DNA of 64,000 nucleotides from Octopus vulgaris (taxonomy: Eukaryota): NCBI GenBank assembly GCA_951406725.2, contig OX597815.1:135160001-135224000 (forward strand). Reading direction: 5' to 3'. The translations under genes were made by a program, and so were the position numbers. Under the pieces are notes generated by a model. The model saw nothing but the letters and a program-made list of their open reading frames with translations. It made no database searches and was not told where the DNA came from. Each line of letters begins with the position of its first letter. Within the stretch, counting starts at the first letter, position 1. Of this stretch, positions 14,150-26,934 are shown piece after piece.

Positions 14150-14485
14150 TGGCCGATGCCAGCGCCGCCTTGACTGGCTTTATGTGCCAGAGGCACATAA
14201 AAAGTACCATCCATACGTGGTTGATGCCAGCGCCACCTTGACTGGCTTCCATGCCGGTGGCACGTAAAAGGCACCAACCGATCATGGCCGTTGCCAGCCT
14301 CCCCTGGCACGTAAAAAGCACCCACTACACTCACAGTGTAGTTGGTGTTAGGAAGGGCATCCAGCTGTAGAAACACTGCCAGATCAGACTGGAGCCTGGT
14401 GCAGCCTCCTGGCTTCCCAGACCCCGGTCGAACCGTCCAACCCATGCTAGCATGGAAAACGGACGTTAAACGACAATGATGATGT
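14150..14485 (+). mobile_element. SINE-like family C (about 60-bp tandem 5' units, 3' end with (GAT)n tail)
   Basis: Three GTGCCxGTGGCACxTAAAAxGCACC units, then GTTAGGAAGGGCATCCAGCTGTAGAAAC...CCATGCTAGCATGGAAAxCGGACGTTAAACG and a GAT tail; at least five other copies in the window. Confidence 0.85.
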
Positions 14486-14799
14486 ATAAATATAACAAAA
14501 CGAGAGGTACAAGGAATTAATGGATGAGCAAGTAATACGGAAATGGACATAAGAAAATGGATAAAAGTAATTCAAGATGAGAGTGTTAGTGGATGAACAA
14601 GGAATAAAAAATGAAATAAATAAATAAATAGGACCAGACAGAAACAAAAGTATGGGTAATGCTAAGAGAGAAACCCTAAAGGATAAGGAACAGAAGGATA
14701 ACAGACAAATACAGGATGAAGTGGAAACTATATATATGAAATATAATTTAAAATTTTACATATATATATTTTATGATGCTGGTGATGATGATGATGATG

Positions 14800-14842
<43 letters not shown>

Positions 14843-15678
14843 CATCATCATTTTATATCTGCTCTTCTATGTTGACATAGGTTGGATATATTGTTTGGAG
14901 TTAGTTTATTATAACTGAATGCCCCTTTTAGTTGCCTCATGCGACACAGGGATATGAATTACCTATTCTGAGATACACACCTGCACACATACATATATAA
15001 ATAATATATATGAGGGTGGGGTATACTAACAAGTAACTGGAAAACACCAAGCACTAAAAGGAAGCTCCTATGTGGTCATTCAGGCTACTGGAAATATCTC
15101 CTTGAAATCTAATTTGAAAATGAACCTACTTATTATACATATCTAAAATAAGACAGGCTGGTTTCATAATCACATGATTGTATGTTTGCCTGATAAAAGT
15201 TGACCTGGGGTTAAACAAAAAGTGATATAAATATAGCTCATTGATTTCAGACATTCATAATATCCACTCATCATCATCATCATCATCATCATCAGTAGCA
15301 TTATAACCACTATTATTGTAGGCACTTTTGCAATCAATGATCATCACCACCAGCATGGGTACTTTCATTTTCACCATCTCCACTGAATCTTTAAACACTG
15401 CCATCATCAGTCTATAATCATATTACCCCAAGAAACCAGCAATATCACCATCTCAGATATCGTCACTGTCATCACAACTGTCCTCATCATGTTTGTCGCT
15501 GCTGCTGCAACCATCACCTACATCAGCACCAACACCACCATCACTATCATAACCATATTTATCCTATTACCGTCATTGTGAATGTAAGCAGCTACCACCA
15601 CTGCCACAACTGTATATATTATTATCATTGCCTCCACAGCATCAACAATAAGAAACAGTAAAAGTCAGGTATGTATGT

Positions 15679-16094
15679 ACTCTTTACTCTTTTACTTGTT
15701 TCAGTCATTTAACTGTGGCCATGCTGGAGCACCGCCTTTAGTCGAGCAAATCGACCCCAGGACTTATTCTTTGTAAGCCTAGTACTCATTCTATCAGTCT
15801 CTTTTACTGAACCGCTAAGTTACAAGGACATAAACACACCAGCATCGGTTGTCAAGCAGTGTTGGGGGGACAAACACAGACACACAAACACACATATATA
15901 TACATATATATATATATATACACTTATATATGACGGGCTTCTTTCAGTTTCCGCCTACCAAATCCACTCACAAGGCTTTGGCAGGCCCAAGGCTATAGTA
16001 GAAAACACTTGCCCAAGGTGCCACGCAGTGGGAATGAACTCGGAACCATGTGGTTGGTAAACAAGCTACTTACCACACAGCCACTTCTGTGCCT
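15679..16094 (-). mobile_element. Full-length SINE family B
   Basis: A box TGGCTGTGTGG, B-box-like GAGTTCATTCCC, CORE-like CACCTTGGGCAAGTG, internal (TA)n, (TAAAAGAG)n tail. Confidence 0.9.
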
Positions 16095-18242
16095 ATAAAG
16101 AGTATTATACAATCAATAGGTGCAGTACACATTACACACCATAAGTGCATGTGAGATGTGCATGTAAGGAGACCCACACAAATACTTGTGGCAGCTTTAA
16201 ATAAACAATCGTAAAAGAAATAAAATCTAATATAGCTATTTTACATGTGTGTGTGTGTATTGTCCTTCAACTCATCAAATCTTGTCAAATTATTCGACCC
16301 ATGCCAATATGAAAGACAGGTATTGATGATGATGATATATTTATATATATGTATGTGTGTGTGTGTATGTATGCCTCATCCACGACAGAAAATAACAATG
16401 TTAATATAAAAACAAGAACAGCAATAGTTTCTATGATGATGATGATAAAAGTAAAATTTTATTAATGTAATAATTTTGTAATAGAATTGTAGTTTTTTTT
16501 TTTATCTATTAAACAATATGACTCATATTGAAGAGAATTCGTGATTGCAGAAATTTGAATACGGTCAATGTTTTATTTTTAATATTTTTAACTTCATGAT
16601 TTTCTTTTTCTTTCTTTTGTCATCTAAGAAATGACCACTTAATTAAGCATGAAAATGGTATGGAACTAATCACATTCACACCTGCTCCTACTCTTGCTCC
16701 ACTCACCCTCCTCTGCCAGCATATCCTGAAATATTTACTAGGCCTGTGGTGGTATTTTTGTAGACATAAGAATTTCAACAATCACATGTGAAAACTATGC
16801 TTTACTACACTGAATGATAAACATAGTCAGCAAAGCCAACAAATTTGGTGTAATTGAGCATAGATGTTTAAACTGACTCCAACATATGACTGCTACTTAT
16901 TTCTTCAGTGACTATGATGGAATGAAAGACAACTAAAAACCTCAAAATATAAAACTAATTATAACCAAATTCCACAAAGCGTTTTATCAATCACACTGCT
17001 GATTGTGTCTGTTGACTAACTCTTTTGTTGTGTATTATTAAGCACTGCCATGCTAACAATAGAGAGACTATTTGAATTCACTTGTGTTACAAAGTGAGCT
17101 CCTTAACCACACTCACATTACTCTGTCAAATATGCTTATTTAATCCTATTGTTTCGAATCAATCCTGCATTATCTCATGACTCTGAGATTTCAACGATGT
17201 CATTATTTTAGAATAACATTGTAGGATAGGTATGAGAGGACAGATCTGGCCTGTTTGGCTATAAAACAAGAAGAATATTTAGGATTGATATGGCCAATTT
17301 AATTGCTAACAGGATAAAGAATTGCATATGGAGTGGTGGTATCTAAAGCAGTTGGAATGGTTTATTCTTTACAAAGCACAGTGTTTCATGGAATCAGAAT
17401 TGCAGTTTCACTCTGAAGAGCACAATGAAATTAAAGAAATAGAAATGGTGCAAGTCATTTTGTCTGGTAGTTTATCATTTCAGTTATTCCAGCACTCTGA
17501 CTTGTCCTTATAATTATAAAAAAAATCGACTGTTTATAAATTTTTTTCTAATTTTGCAATAAAATATAAAACTTTTTTTTTTATTTTTACTGTAGTCACA
17601 TGACCATACTACAAGTGTTCAACCCCAGTTTTTGTGAAGTGGTACTTATTTGGGAGGATAACAGTCAACCAGCGCAAGATTTAAACAAAAGAATATAAAC
17701 AAATAGCACAATGTGTTTTGATTGAAGCTACTCTTCACCAACATATGTTCAGAAGCTAATCAAATTTAAAGGGATATCACAAGGTGATGTATTGGTGTGT
17801 TTAAAAGAACTCAAAGAATTGAATTTCTTTTTCAACTTAAATCTATAAAGTAAAATACCAGCAAGTGATGTCAAGGTTACTTTAGTTTAAACCACATAAA
17901 GAAAATATATAAAATAAAATGTAGACTAGACTCAGATGAAAATAAATCAATGAAAAGGGAGGATTAAAAACAAAAATAGAAAAAGAAAGTCTGAAAACAG
18001 AATTCTGTTACTGATAGGCTTCTCAAAACCAATAATTTTGACATGATGTAGCCATATTTAATATAAAACTCAAAGGTGGTTTTAATCAAAGCTCCTAGCA
18101 TATATTTACTCTAATATTTCATTAATAAAAAGGGAAGAAGAAAAAGGAGTAGTGAATTTATTAGCTTTAACAGTTAAGTATTTAAATATGTGTTTCTGTA
18201 TATATATTTTGTATCTACACACACACAAGCACACTCATACAT

Positions 18243-18412
18243 AGGCACAGGCATTGGCTTCATAGCTAAGGAGTCTGCTTCTCAACCACATTGTTTTGGG
18301 TTCAGTACACTGTGTAGTAGAACCTTGGGCAAGTGCCTTCACTTATAGCCTCAAAGTTGATCAAAGCTCTGTGAGTGGATTTGGTAGAAAGAAACTGAAA
18401 GAAACCAGTTTA
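18243..18412 (+). mobile_element. 5' half of SINE family B, degenerate
   Basis: GGTTCAGTAC...ACCTTGGGCAAGTG...GTGAGTGGATTTGGTAGAAAGAAACTGAAAGAA. Confidence 0.7.
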
Positions 18413-19381
18413 GTGTATGTATATTTACTTTGTTCTCTGTTGTTAGCATCTCACTTATCTGCTAACACCCTTAATGTTTTCACATACCTACTGCATCCCT
18501 TCTCCCAAGCCTCTCCTATATTCCTCCATCATTTGCCTCACTCACTTCCATCTTGTCCATCCATCCATCCAGTTCAAACCCCTCTATCACCCCACTAGTT
18601 CTTACCACCCCAATATCCCTCAAGGGCATGTTCTTGAACATCTTCACCACCATCTCCCTCCCAATATTGACCATTTTATTTTACTCCCTCATTCACCTGT
18701 TCTCTTTATCAACCAAATATTTGCCTAATGTTTCAAACTTGCCCTTTGTCCAAAAATGAGGAAGAGGCATAAAATGAAGATAGAGCTTTGGTAGCAGATG
18801 TTTCATACTAAGCTATTTGTCCATACCCTAATAGTAATAGCACTTCCTCTTTCTCAATTTCAGATGAAGAGCAGAGAACCAAAGCATTAGCTTCTTAAAC
18901 ATATAATTTATCAAACTTTTATATGAACTTTACTATAGGTTAATCACTGCCAACACAGACCATTACAAGTTTCTCAGATACCAGATTTTACCTGAAGTAT
19001 GTATAAAGTTTCTAAGGTTGCATATAATATCTCAGATGTCAAACAGATCAATAACAAAAGGAGTTCCAGAATATGTATAAAAATGTATTAAGTTACAAGA
19101 AGTAGAGCAGTTAAAATAAGGAAGTGAAAGAAAAATAATAAATGTTTTGCAGGGGTTTTTTTTTATCAGTTAATACTGGGCCATTTGATGTTATTATTAA
19201 GTCCTAGATCAGCTTTAATTAAAAGCAGTCAACCTGTGACTATCCCACTTTTCATTCAAAAGCTGTATCTAGAACTACATTGCCCATTGTGCAAGCCTTT
19301 CTTAAATTGTTTTGGGTATGAGTTGAGGGTGGTCTGGCAGCTTTAGTGATTGCACAGAGGCTTTTTCATTAGATGGGTGAT

Positions 19382-20240
19382 ATAGTTATTGTTAAAGCAC
19401 GTAGAGTGAAGCTGCTTGGCACTGATTGACTTTGAACTCTGCTGTGCATGCGTACTAAGTTTTAATATTCTAGTTCACTTCTGCTGTTTACAGCAGTGCT
19501 TGGAAGGAAGGTGTGTAGTGTGTGATTGTTGCATTGACCATGACAGAGAAAGCTGAGCAGAGAATCTGCATCAAATTTTGCCAAAAGCTTGGTGATACCT
19601 GCTCCAGAGGCCTAAACAAAATTTTCAAAAAGTTTTCATTGTTCTTGAAACAATCAAAATCTTGTGCAACTGAAACCCAAGTGTCTTTTTGGTCAGCTGG
19701 AAACAGATTTGGCACAAACTTGATATACACACGTCTCATACCCAAATCTTCAATGATAATGAACTAAACTGAACCATAACTAATCTGCTCATCCTCTGAT
19801 AACTCATGGATGGTGATTCAATGATTTTCCCCTCACAGCTGCATGCACATCTGTGATGTTTTTCTCAGTTGCACTGGTTTCAGGTTTCCCCACAACATTT
19901 GTCAATATCGACATTTTTTCAGCCATCATGGAAATGTCTGTCCCACTCGTACACTTGTGTGCGGTTCATACACTTCTCTCCATACACTTTCTGCAACTTT
20001 GCGTACGCCTCTGAGCAGGTGTCACCATGACAACTTTCTCTGTCATAGCCAATGTGATGATCACATGTTAAGTATGTTACTTCCAAGCACTGCTGCAAAC
20101 AGCAGAAGTGAGTTTGAATGTTAAAACTTAGTGAACATGCACAGCAGAGGTCAATGTCAATCTGTGCCAAGCAGTTTTATTCTGTGTGCTTTAGCTTTGT
20201 TACTATGGCAACATTCCGGACACTTATTGATCAGACCGTG
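19382..20240 (-). mobile_element. Rearranged mariner: 5' end plus N-terminal transposase fused to an inverted second 5' end
   Basis: Right end TA-CACGGTCTGATCAATAAGTGTCCGG; minus-strand GDTCSEAYAKLQKVYGEKCMNRTQVYEW and LGMRRVYIKFVP; 19382-19610(+) is an inverted copy of 19985-20205 that encodes MTEKAEQRICIKFCQKLGDTC. Confidence 0.85.
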
Positions 20241-21123
20241 TACATACATATGTACTAGTATGTGGAGAAAATACTTGTAATAAATACACTTGAAGACATA
20301 AAAAAACCCCCAAAAAACAGATGTTTTAATTAGATTGGAAAATTTAGGAACAGACACAAAATTCTATATGAGGAAGTACATCAATATAAATACTTCTGCT
20401 ATGGATGAAGTAAACTGATCGCAAGAAAACTATTTCAAGAATCTGAACCTTATGAAGTAGATGAATGATTGATGTGTGTGTGTGTGTTACTGAATCTTGT
20501 ACTTCATCATCATCATTATTTTACATCCACTTACCAGCTGGCATGAGATGGATGCATCATCACAATCTGAGTAAGTTCTTATATAGAGCTGTTGTTGCTG
20601 TCCCCCTAGATAGGATAGATTAACACTCATACATCTCACTCATACACTCCAATTGGCACGCTTTCTAGAAAATGGATACCCTCCCTAATGCTCACTCCTT
20701 TACAGTTTATTATGGCAGAGTGTGATGACAGAGAAGGAAAGAAAATATGAAATATGACAGGAGAAACATTGATAGGCTGTTACATGATTGTTATTGGTAA
20801 GGAGACTGAATAGAAACACAGCACAATGGAGGAAAAGGGAATGCCGGAGGAGACACTGATGAGAGAGAGAGAGATTGGGGAGTAATATATGGCAATATAA
20901 ACAGGAAGTGAATTGAAGGATAACAATAAAGATGGGTGATGGTAAGAAAGCAAGTAGTGATAAGTGAGTGATGAATGCCAATAAGAATGACATGGGGCAA
21001 GAAATGGGATGAGTACCGAATATAAACCAATCCAATGTGACATCCTTCATTATAAGATGCTGTAGTATAGAAGTGTTGGGGTTGGGCAGTAGGTAGAGAT
21101 TAAACAAAGATAAGAGGCTACAA

Positions 21124-21349
21124 TGTAGGTATATTATATATTCCCACTTTTATCACCACCATTTTATTGTCCTTTCTGCCATACATGTATGGCTGTGGAG
21201 ATATATATATATACATCATCATTTTAACATTCGCTTTTCCATGCATGCATGGATCAGACAAGTGGTAACAGGTCAGGCTGGAGATGTACTCAGCCATACA
21301 TGTATGGCAGAAAGGACATTAAAATGGTGGTGATAGAAGTGGGAATATA
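21124..21349. repeat. About 72-bp inverted repeat (foldback); right arm split by the mariner and completed at 22628-22640
   Basis: 21124-21195 is the reverse complement of 21291-21349 plus 22628-22640, with 3 mismatches. Confidence 0.9.
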
Positions 21350-22625
21350 TCAGGTCCTTAAAAATGAAATGTCCAATTTTCTTATGCACCAAGTTTGACA
21401 GTCTTTAACTCGAATGTCTTATCCTGACAATTCTTTGTTTTACAACATTGAAAAGTTACATAATCACTTTTTGAAATGCAGTTCGTGGTGTCTGGTTATA
21501 TTGTGACGTTTCTCTTGTAAATCAATTTTTGTCAACCCATGGACAGATCAAAAATTCGTGTTTATGAATATGAGTACCATAGTGGAACAAATGCATACCA
21601 GCCGGCTTGAAACATCAATGAGGTGTTTGGGGAAGATGTGGTGAATGAGTGCACTGTACATCAATGGTTTGAGAAGTTCTGGTCAGGTGACTTTTCTCTT
21701 GAAAATCAGCCCCATGGTAGACATGAGACCAAGGTGGATAATGATGAGCTGAAAACTAGTGGAAGTGGATACATCTCAAACTGCAGGTAAGTTAGCGGCA
21801 AGGCTTGATATTTCAATTCCAACTGTATTGAACCATCTGAAACAAGTCAGTAAGGTAAAGAAGCTGGACAAGTGGGTACCACCTGAACTAAACAAGCATC
21901 AAACAACAAGTCATCGTGAAACTTGGGTGTTCTTTGCTGTCACAACATAAAAGTGAACCATTTTTGCATCATACTGTTATGTGTGATACAAAATGGATTC
22001 TTTTCAACAATAACAAGCCTTCTGCATGGCGGTTGGATGGAGACAATGTGTCAAAACACAATCCCAAAAAAGACTATTCACCAAAAAAAGCTGATGATGT
22101 CTGTTTGGTGGTCCAGCACTGGTGTCATCCACTGCAGCTTCATGAGACCTGGTAATTACAGCAGATGTAGACATCTATTAGCTGGATGGAATGATGAGTG
22201 AACTTCCAATTGAACAACTGAGATTGATCAATAGAGACAAGCCAATTCTATAGCAAGACAATACTTGACCACATGTTGCACAAAGAATGTTACTCAAGTT
22301 ACAGGAATTAAACTTGGAACTACTCTGTTATCCACCATATTCTCCAGACCCTGCACTAACTGACTATCATGTTTTCCAAGCATTAGACAACGTTTTGCAA
22401 GGAAAAAACTTCAAATCTGAAGAAGATGCAAAAACAGCCTTCTGTGATTTCAAGACCTCTTGCTCTCCAGAATACTTTCCTACTGGCATAAATAAGCTAT
22501 CAACAAAATGGCAAAATTCTATTGATAATTTAGGTGCATATTTGATCAACTACATAGCTTTTTGTTGAGATAAAGTAAAATAAACTTTCAGTTCAATATC
22601 AGACATTTCATTCTTAAAGACCTGA
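21350..22625 (+). mobile_element. Full-length (1276 bp) decayed mariner, cecropia/Hsmar1-like
   Basis: TA TSDs; TIRs TCAGGTCCTTAAAAATGAAATGTCC and AGACATTTCATTCTTAAAGACCTGA; ATG at 21539 (MDRSKIRV), GRHETKVDNDELK, KWVPPEL, CDTKW, YPPYSPDPALTDYHVF; stops and frameshifts. Confidence 0.95.
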
Positions 22626-23149
22626 TATAATATACCTGCATGTATATTTTTTCATATGTAAATTGTTTTTCATGCTAGCATGTATTGGATGAAAGTTGTT
22701 GCGTTAGTTTACTATGGCCAGATTTCCTCTCTGTCGCCAACTCTCAACTGTCTTTCAAAGAAGGTATTTTGTATTTCACTGGTCTTCACATGCATCAAAA
22801 TAACTGAGTGGTGTGACATTTTGTTTACAACAAATGTCAACACTGTCACTGCTTTCAGTCATATGGTGACAATGTAAAGATATGCAGAAACTCTAGCATA
22901 CACAGTGTACACACATACACATGTACATGCAGGCACACTTAAACACACATGACAAAGATTCAGTACAATTTATATCAACTAGATTTCACTCACAAGGAAT
23001 TGGACACCCCAAGACTGTACTAAGAGACACTTTCAGAAGGTGCTACACAATAGGATGGTATCCAAACCAATATGGCTACAAAGTAAACTTATATACATAT
23101 GTGCGTGTGTGTGTCACATGTCTGTCTATAAATATATAAATGTCCATCC

Positions 23150-23180
<31 letters not shown>

Positions 23181-24118
23181 CTAGCAGCGAAGCCCAGTTT
23201 CACCCGGTCTGTTTGGATGATGTGGCTATGATTGTTTTTGGTTAGGCATAATCTATAACAGTGTTTCTCAACCTTATCATTTCGGGTCCCCTGTTTTGAT
23301 TGGAGCCTCCAGCTGTATGAAAATTTCCTGACCCACCTCCATCCCCTTGTCAGAAGACAGCTTCAGGAGTTGTGAAGAACGAATATGTACGTAGTCTGTT
23401 TCTGAGAAGTATTCTATTGGACCTCTGTCTAATCATTAAAACATTGATTTAATTATGAATGTAGAAAGAAATTATACATTAATCGCTATTTTTGTAAGCA
23501 GTTGTATCCGTAAAAAATTTATTTGCAGAGAGCAGAAAGTGAAAGAAGATATATGAAATGGACGTGAGTGCGTATTTTTATGATAGTTGATTTATGGAAA
23601 AGATTATGTTAAACTTTTGAAATGCAAATATGTGAATGAAAATTAAGTTCAGACCTCTACATCATAGCTAGACCTGGTAGAAATAGAAGCCAAATCTTCC
23701 TCAGAACACCCTACTGTCTTAATCCGACAATTCTGCCTATTATGTAGTTTGAATGAGAAACTGTAACTAAAGATTAAGATTATTAACCCCACAAAGAGGT
23801 GAAAGAAGAGAGACAGCATAACATTTTGGCTGACTCTTATCTTGTACTCCCCATTTTACTAGTGAAATGGTATATGCCAGCTATGTGAGCAACTGATTGT
23901 TTTAATGGTGGAACAAACAGGGGAATTCCATTAGAAAAAGTTTTAATCGATTTTCTCAGTAAGTATGGGGGCTAGGAAAAAAATACAAACTGCATTCCAG
24001 TCTATGCACCTGTTTCCACATGTGTGCAATTTTTCACGCGAATCCACCCAGGCGTTTGGCTGTGAACCTCAAGACAAGAAAGAATACAATGATAGCCCAT
24101 GTCCAATTTATATTATAT

Positions 24119-24120
<2 letters not shown>
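23181..24120 (-). mobile_element. Non-autonomous Helitron-like element
   Basis: Minus-strand 3' end with GC-rich hairpin-like CCGGGTGAAACTGGG followed by CTAG|T; inserted in (TA)n; 5' boundary approximate. Confidence 0.6.
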
Positions 24121-24166
<46 letters not shown>

Positions 24167-24247
24167 CCACACATATAAAATAAACACTTCATTATATAAA
24201 TAGTTCTCAGTTTATATGTGCATGCATAAACCAATACATACACGTTT

Positions 24248-24299
<52 letters not shown>

Positions 24300-25033
24300 A
24301 TATACACACACACAGAGAGTCATTGAGAGTCAAATATCCATCTGAAGTGCACAGTGAGAATTGGATAAGCTGAGTAAGTGGATATTACCAACAAATTTTA
24401 CGGCTTCAAGAGAAGTCTGAATGGGAAGTTTGTACACTGATATGCAGGGCAATAATTATTAACATATGACAGAGGTGTTGGGCATCTACCACTGTGTAAG
24501 CTGTTATTGCGTGAGAAGATACAATGAGAGGAGGAGTGAGGTAATATGAAGTAGGCTGAGTTGAAAGTGACATTGAAAAATGTCACAGATGGAAACTGCA
24601 GGTTACAATAAGACAACACTGCCAGGTTTGACAGCTGCACAGATATTCAATAACCTACTGCACATAAAAGTGCATATTGTATACACATGTGTATGACCTG
24701 CACTCAAACTCATTATCTGTCGTGAGTGTGTGTGTGTGTGTCTCTCTCTCTCTCTCTCTATCCATGGTGAAACAGGAAGAAACTAATCAAAACATGTCCT
24801 GGAGTATTATTATTTCACTTACTGAAAGATGAAAATTTATGCCAGTCCTAATTTCATGCTTAGCCTTTTAGAACCACAAAATTCAGTGTATTAACAGAGT
24901 TAATGAATGTCTGTGTGAGTGTGTATGTATATATTATGAATGAATACACTTTTCTCTCTCTCTCTCTCACATATAAATATATATATAACAAATTAAAAGG
25001 GTGGCTTATTAGCAATTAGAAGCTAAAGACAAA

Positions 25034-25115
25034 ATTAATAGAGGTCACAAAAATGACAGAGGGTAATGACTAGAACCTGCTTATGCTAAAATACACTTTT
25101 GTGACCTCTATTAAT
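25034..25115. repeat. Perfect 19-bp inverted repeat with 44-bp spacer
   Basis: ATTAATAGAGGTCACAAAA and TTTTGTGACCTCTATTAAT. Confidence 0.9.
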
Positions 25116-25143
25116 GCTATATATGTGTGTGTGTGTGTGTGTC

Positions 25144-25272
25144 TATTCTTAAAGAAGAATATTGTAGACAGTGACTTTGAAGTTTTGGTCTGTTAAGCCA
25201 CTGCTGGACTGCTAATAGCTTAACTGGTTGGAACTTCGAAGTCACTGCCAACAATATCCTTGTTTGAAAATA
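25144..25272 (+). repeat. Imperfect hairpin with about 55-bp arms and a 19-nt loop
   Basis: 25144-25198 pairs with 25218-25272; most inner-stem differences are G-U compatible on the + strand. Confidence 0.85.
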
Positions 25273-25375
25273 AACTTGTATGCTACAAAAGTATACAGTA
25301 ATCCCTAGATTAATGTGAAACTGTTTTCCTTATAACATAAAAACAAATATTAATAAAAAATATATATCTTCTATA

Positions 25376-25700
25376 TAAGGACTTCTCCCTCAGAATGAAA
25401 GCAGTTTATATGAAACTTGTGTATTATACATGGTAGTGAAATATGGGCTGTGACTGCAGAGGACATGTGAGGGCTTGAAGGAAATGAAGTTAGTATGTTC
25501 CAGTATTCTGCTGAATGTGCATGTACAACAAAATGTAAATGTGTTAAGAGAAAAATTAGGTATAAGAGGCATCAGAAGTGGTTTACAAGAGAAAAGACTG
25601 TGCTGGTATGGTCATGTGATGCATATGGGTGAATACAATTGCATATAGAAGTGGCATTCTCTAAAGTGGAGGGAGCCTTTGAAAGAAGACGACCCAGAAT
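25376..25700 (+). mobile_element. RTE-clade LINE ORF C-terminal fragment
   Basis: HGSEIWAVTAEDM, LREKLGIRGIRSGLQEKRLCWYGHVMHM, RRRPR: the typical RTE C-terminus (xGSETW...RLRWYGHV...GRPR). Confidence 0.85.
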
Positions 25701-26103
25701 AAAGAGGGAGAGAAAAAGAGAGAAAGAGAGAGAGCTTTTGTTGCCAACAGAGGTAAAGCTATCTGTGTTTTCTTCATCCGGTTCTGTTTGTTGAATTAAT
25801 TATATATACATACATACACACACATATGCATATAAGTGAAATAACCAATTTGTGACTGTATTATATCCATTCATATTATATCTGTTCATTCAGTTATTGA
25901 CTGTGGAAGTCATAATGTAATATGCGTTATATAGAGGACATGATTATATCATTGTTCTGATTCTTGCATTCATGCTTGATATCTGATTTGTCACCCACAT
26001 GTAGAAACATTTGTAAACAATGGAATAAGTTTAATTACAGTAACTCCCTTCTTCACTTATAAATATATATACATATATATATTATATGTATAAATCATAT
26101 GTA

Positions 26104-26855
26104 CAGGGTGTGATGGGTAAATTGTCACCATTTTATATTTTTAATTTCAGGCATGCGCATTGTATGTTTTTGATTTTGTTGACTACACAGTATAGTAGGA
26201 TCAGCTGGGCAACATCTGTGAGAAAAACAACACCATGACGCAATTCACTCTGTCAGAAATTTGCAATTGACAAGCTGTACTGCTTGGCATTTGTGCTGGA
26301 AGCTCCAATACGAACATTTCAGAGTGTTTGGGTGTCAATCTGAGGACAGTGCGATCTAAAGACATGTACTGAGTGTGATAAAAATCAAACATTCAGTCAA
26401 CATCATGGTGTTTGGAGTGATCACTAGTGACGGCGCCGTTATGCCTCAATTCATCTTCCTATACACCATGCTACACAAGCAGGAGAACCCAATCATGGCT
26501 GTCAGACAATTTCTGCAACCACATCACCCCTAACATCTGGCCACCTAACTCCCCAGACTGCAATCCTAGTTGAAGGAGAGACCAACAAAACTCCTTGTAA
26601 CACCAAAGATGAACTCATGGCAAGGATTATGGCAGAATTCACCAGCTTAAACAAAGAAACCGTCCAGAAGAGTTGCAGGAGATTTGGATGTTGTCTGGAG
26701 GGACTGAAGCCAATGGAGATTTTATTGAATAAATTTACTCTTTAGTATTTCAAGATATTTTTATGTAATTTAGGTAAATATATCTATTAAAATGAGATGT
26801 CAGTGTTATTTTCATTTTTGCATAATCTTGACAACAATTAATTCACTGCACCCTG
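26104..26855 (+). mobile_element. Internally deleted Tc1/mariner-superfamily element, DD37D (maT)-like
   Basis: TA-CAGGGTG...CACCCTG termini with imperfect TIR of about 21 bp; MVFGVITSDGAVMP and WLSDNFCNHITPNIWPPNSPDCNP. Confidence 0.8.
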
Positions 26856-26884
26856 ATGTATATGTGTGTGTGTGTGTGTGTATA

Positions 26885-26934
<50 letters not shown>

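Noticed and set aside
14005-14550. 181-aa ORF whose peptide recurs elsewhere (LQLDALPN...VGAFY)
   Set aside because: Antisense translation of the family C repeat, not a gene family
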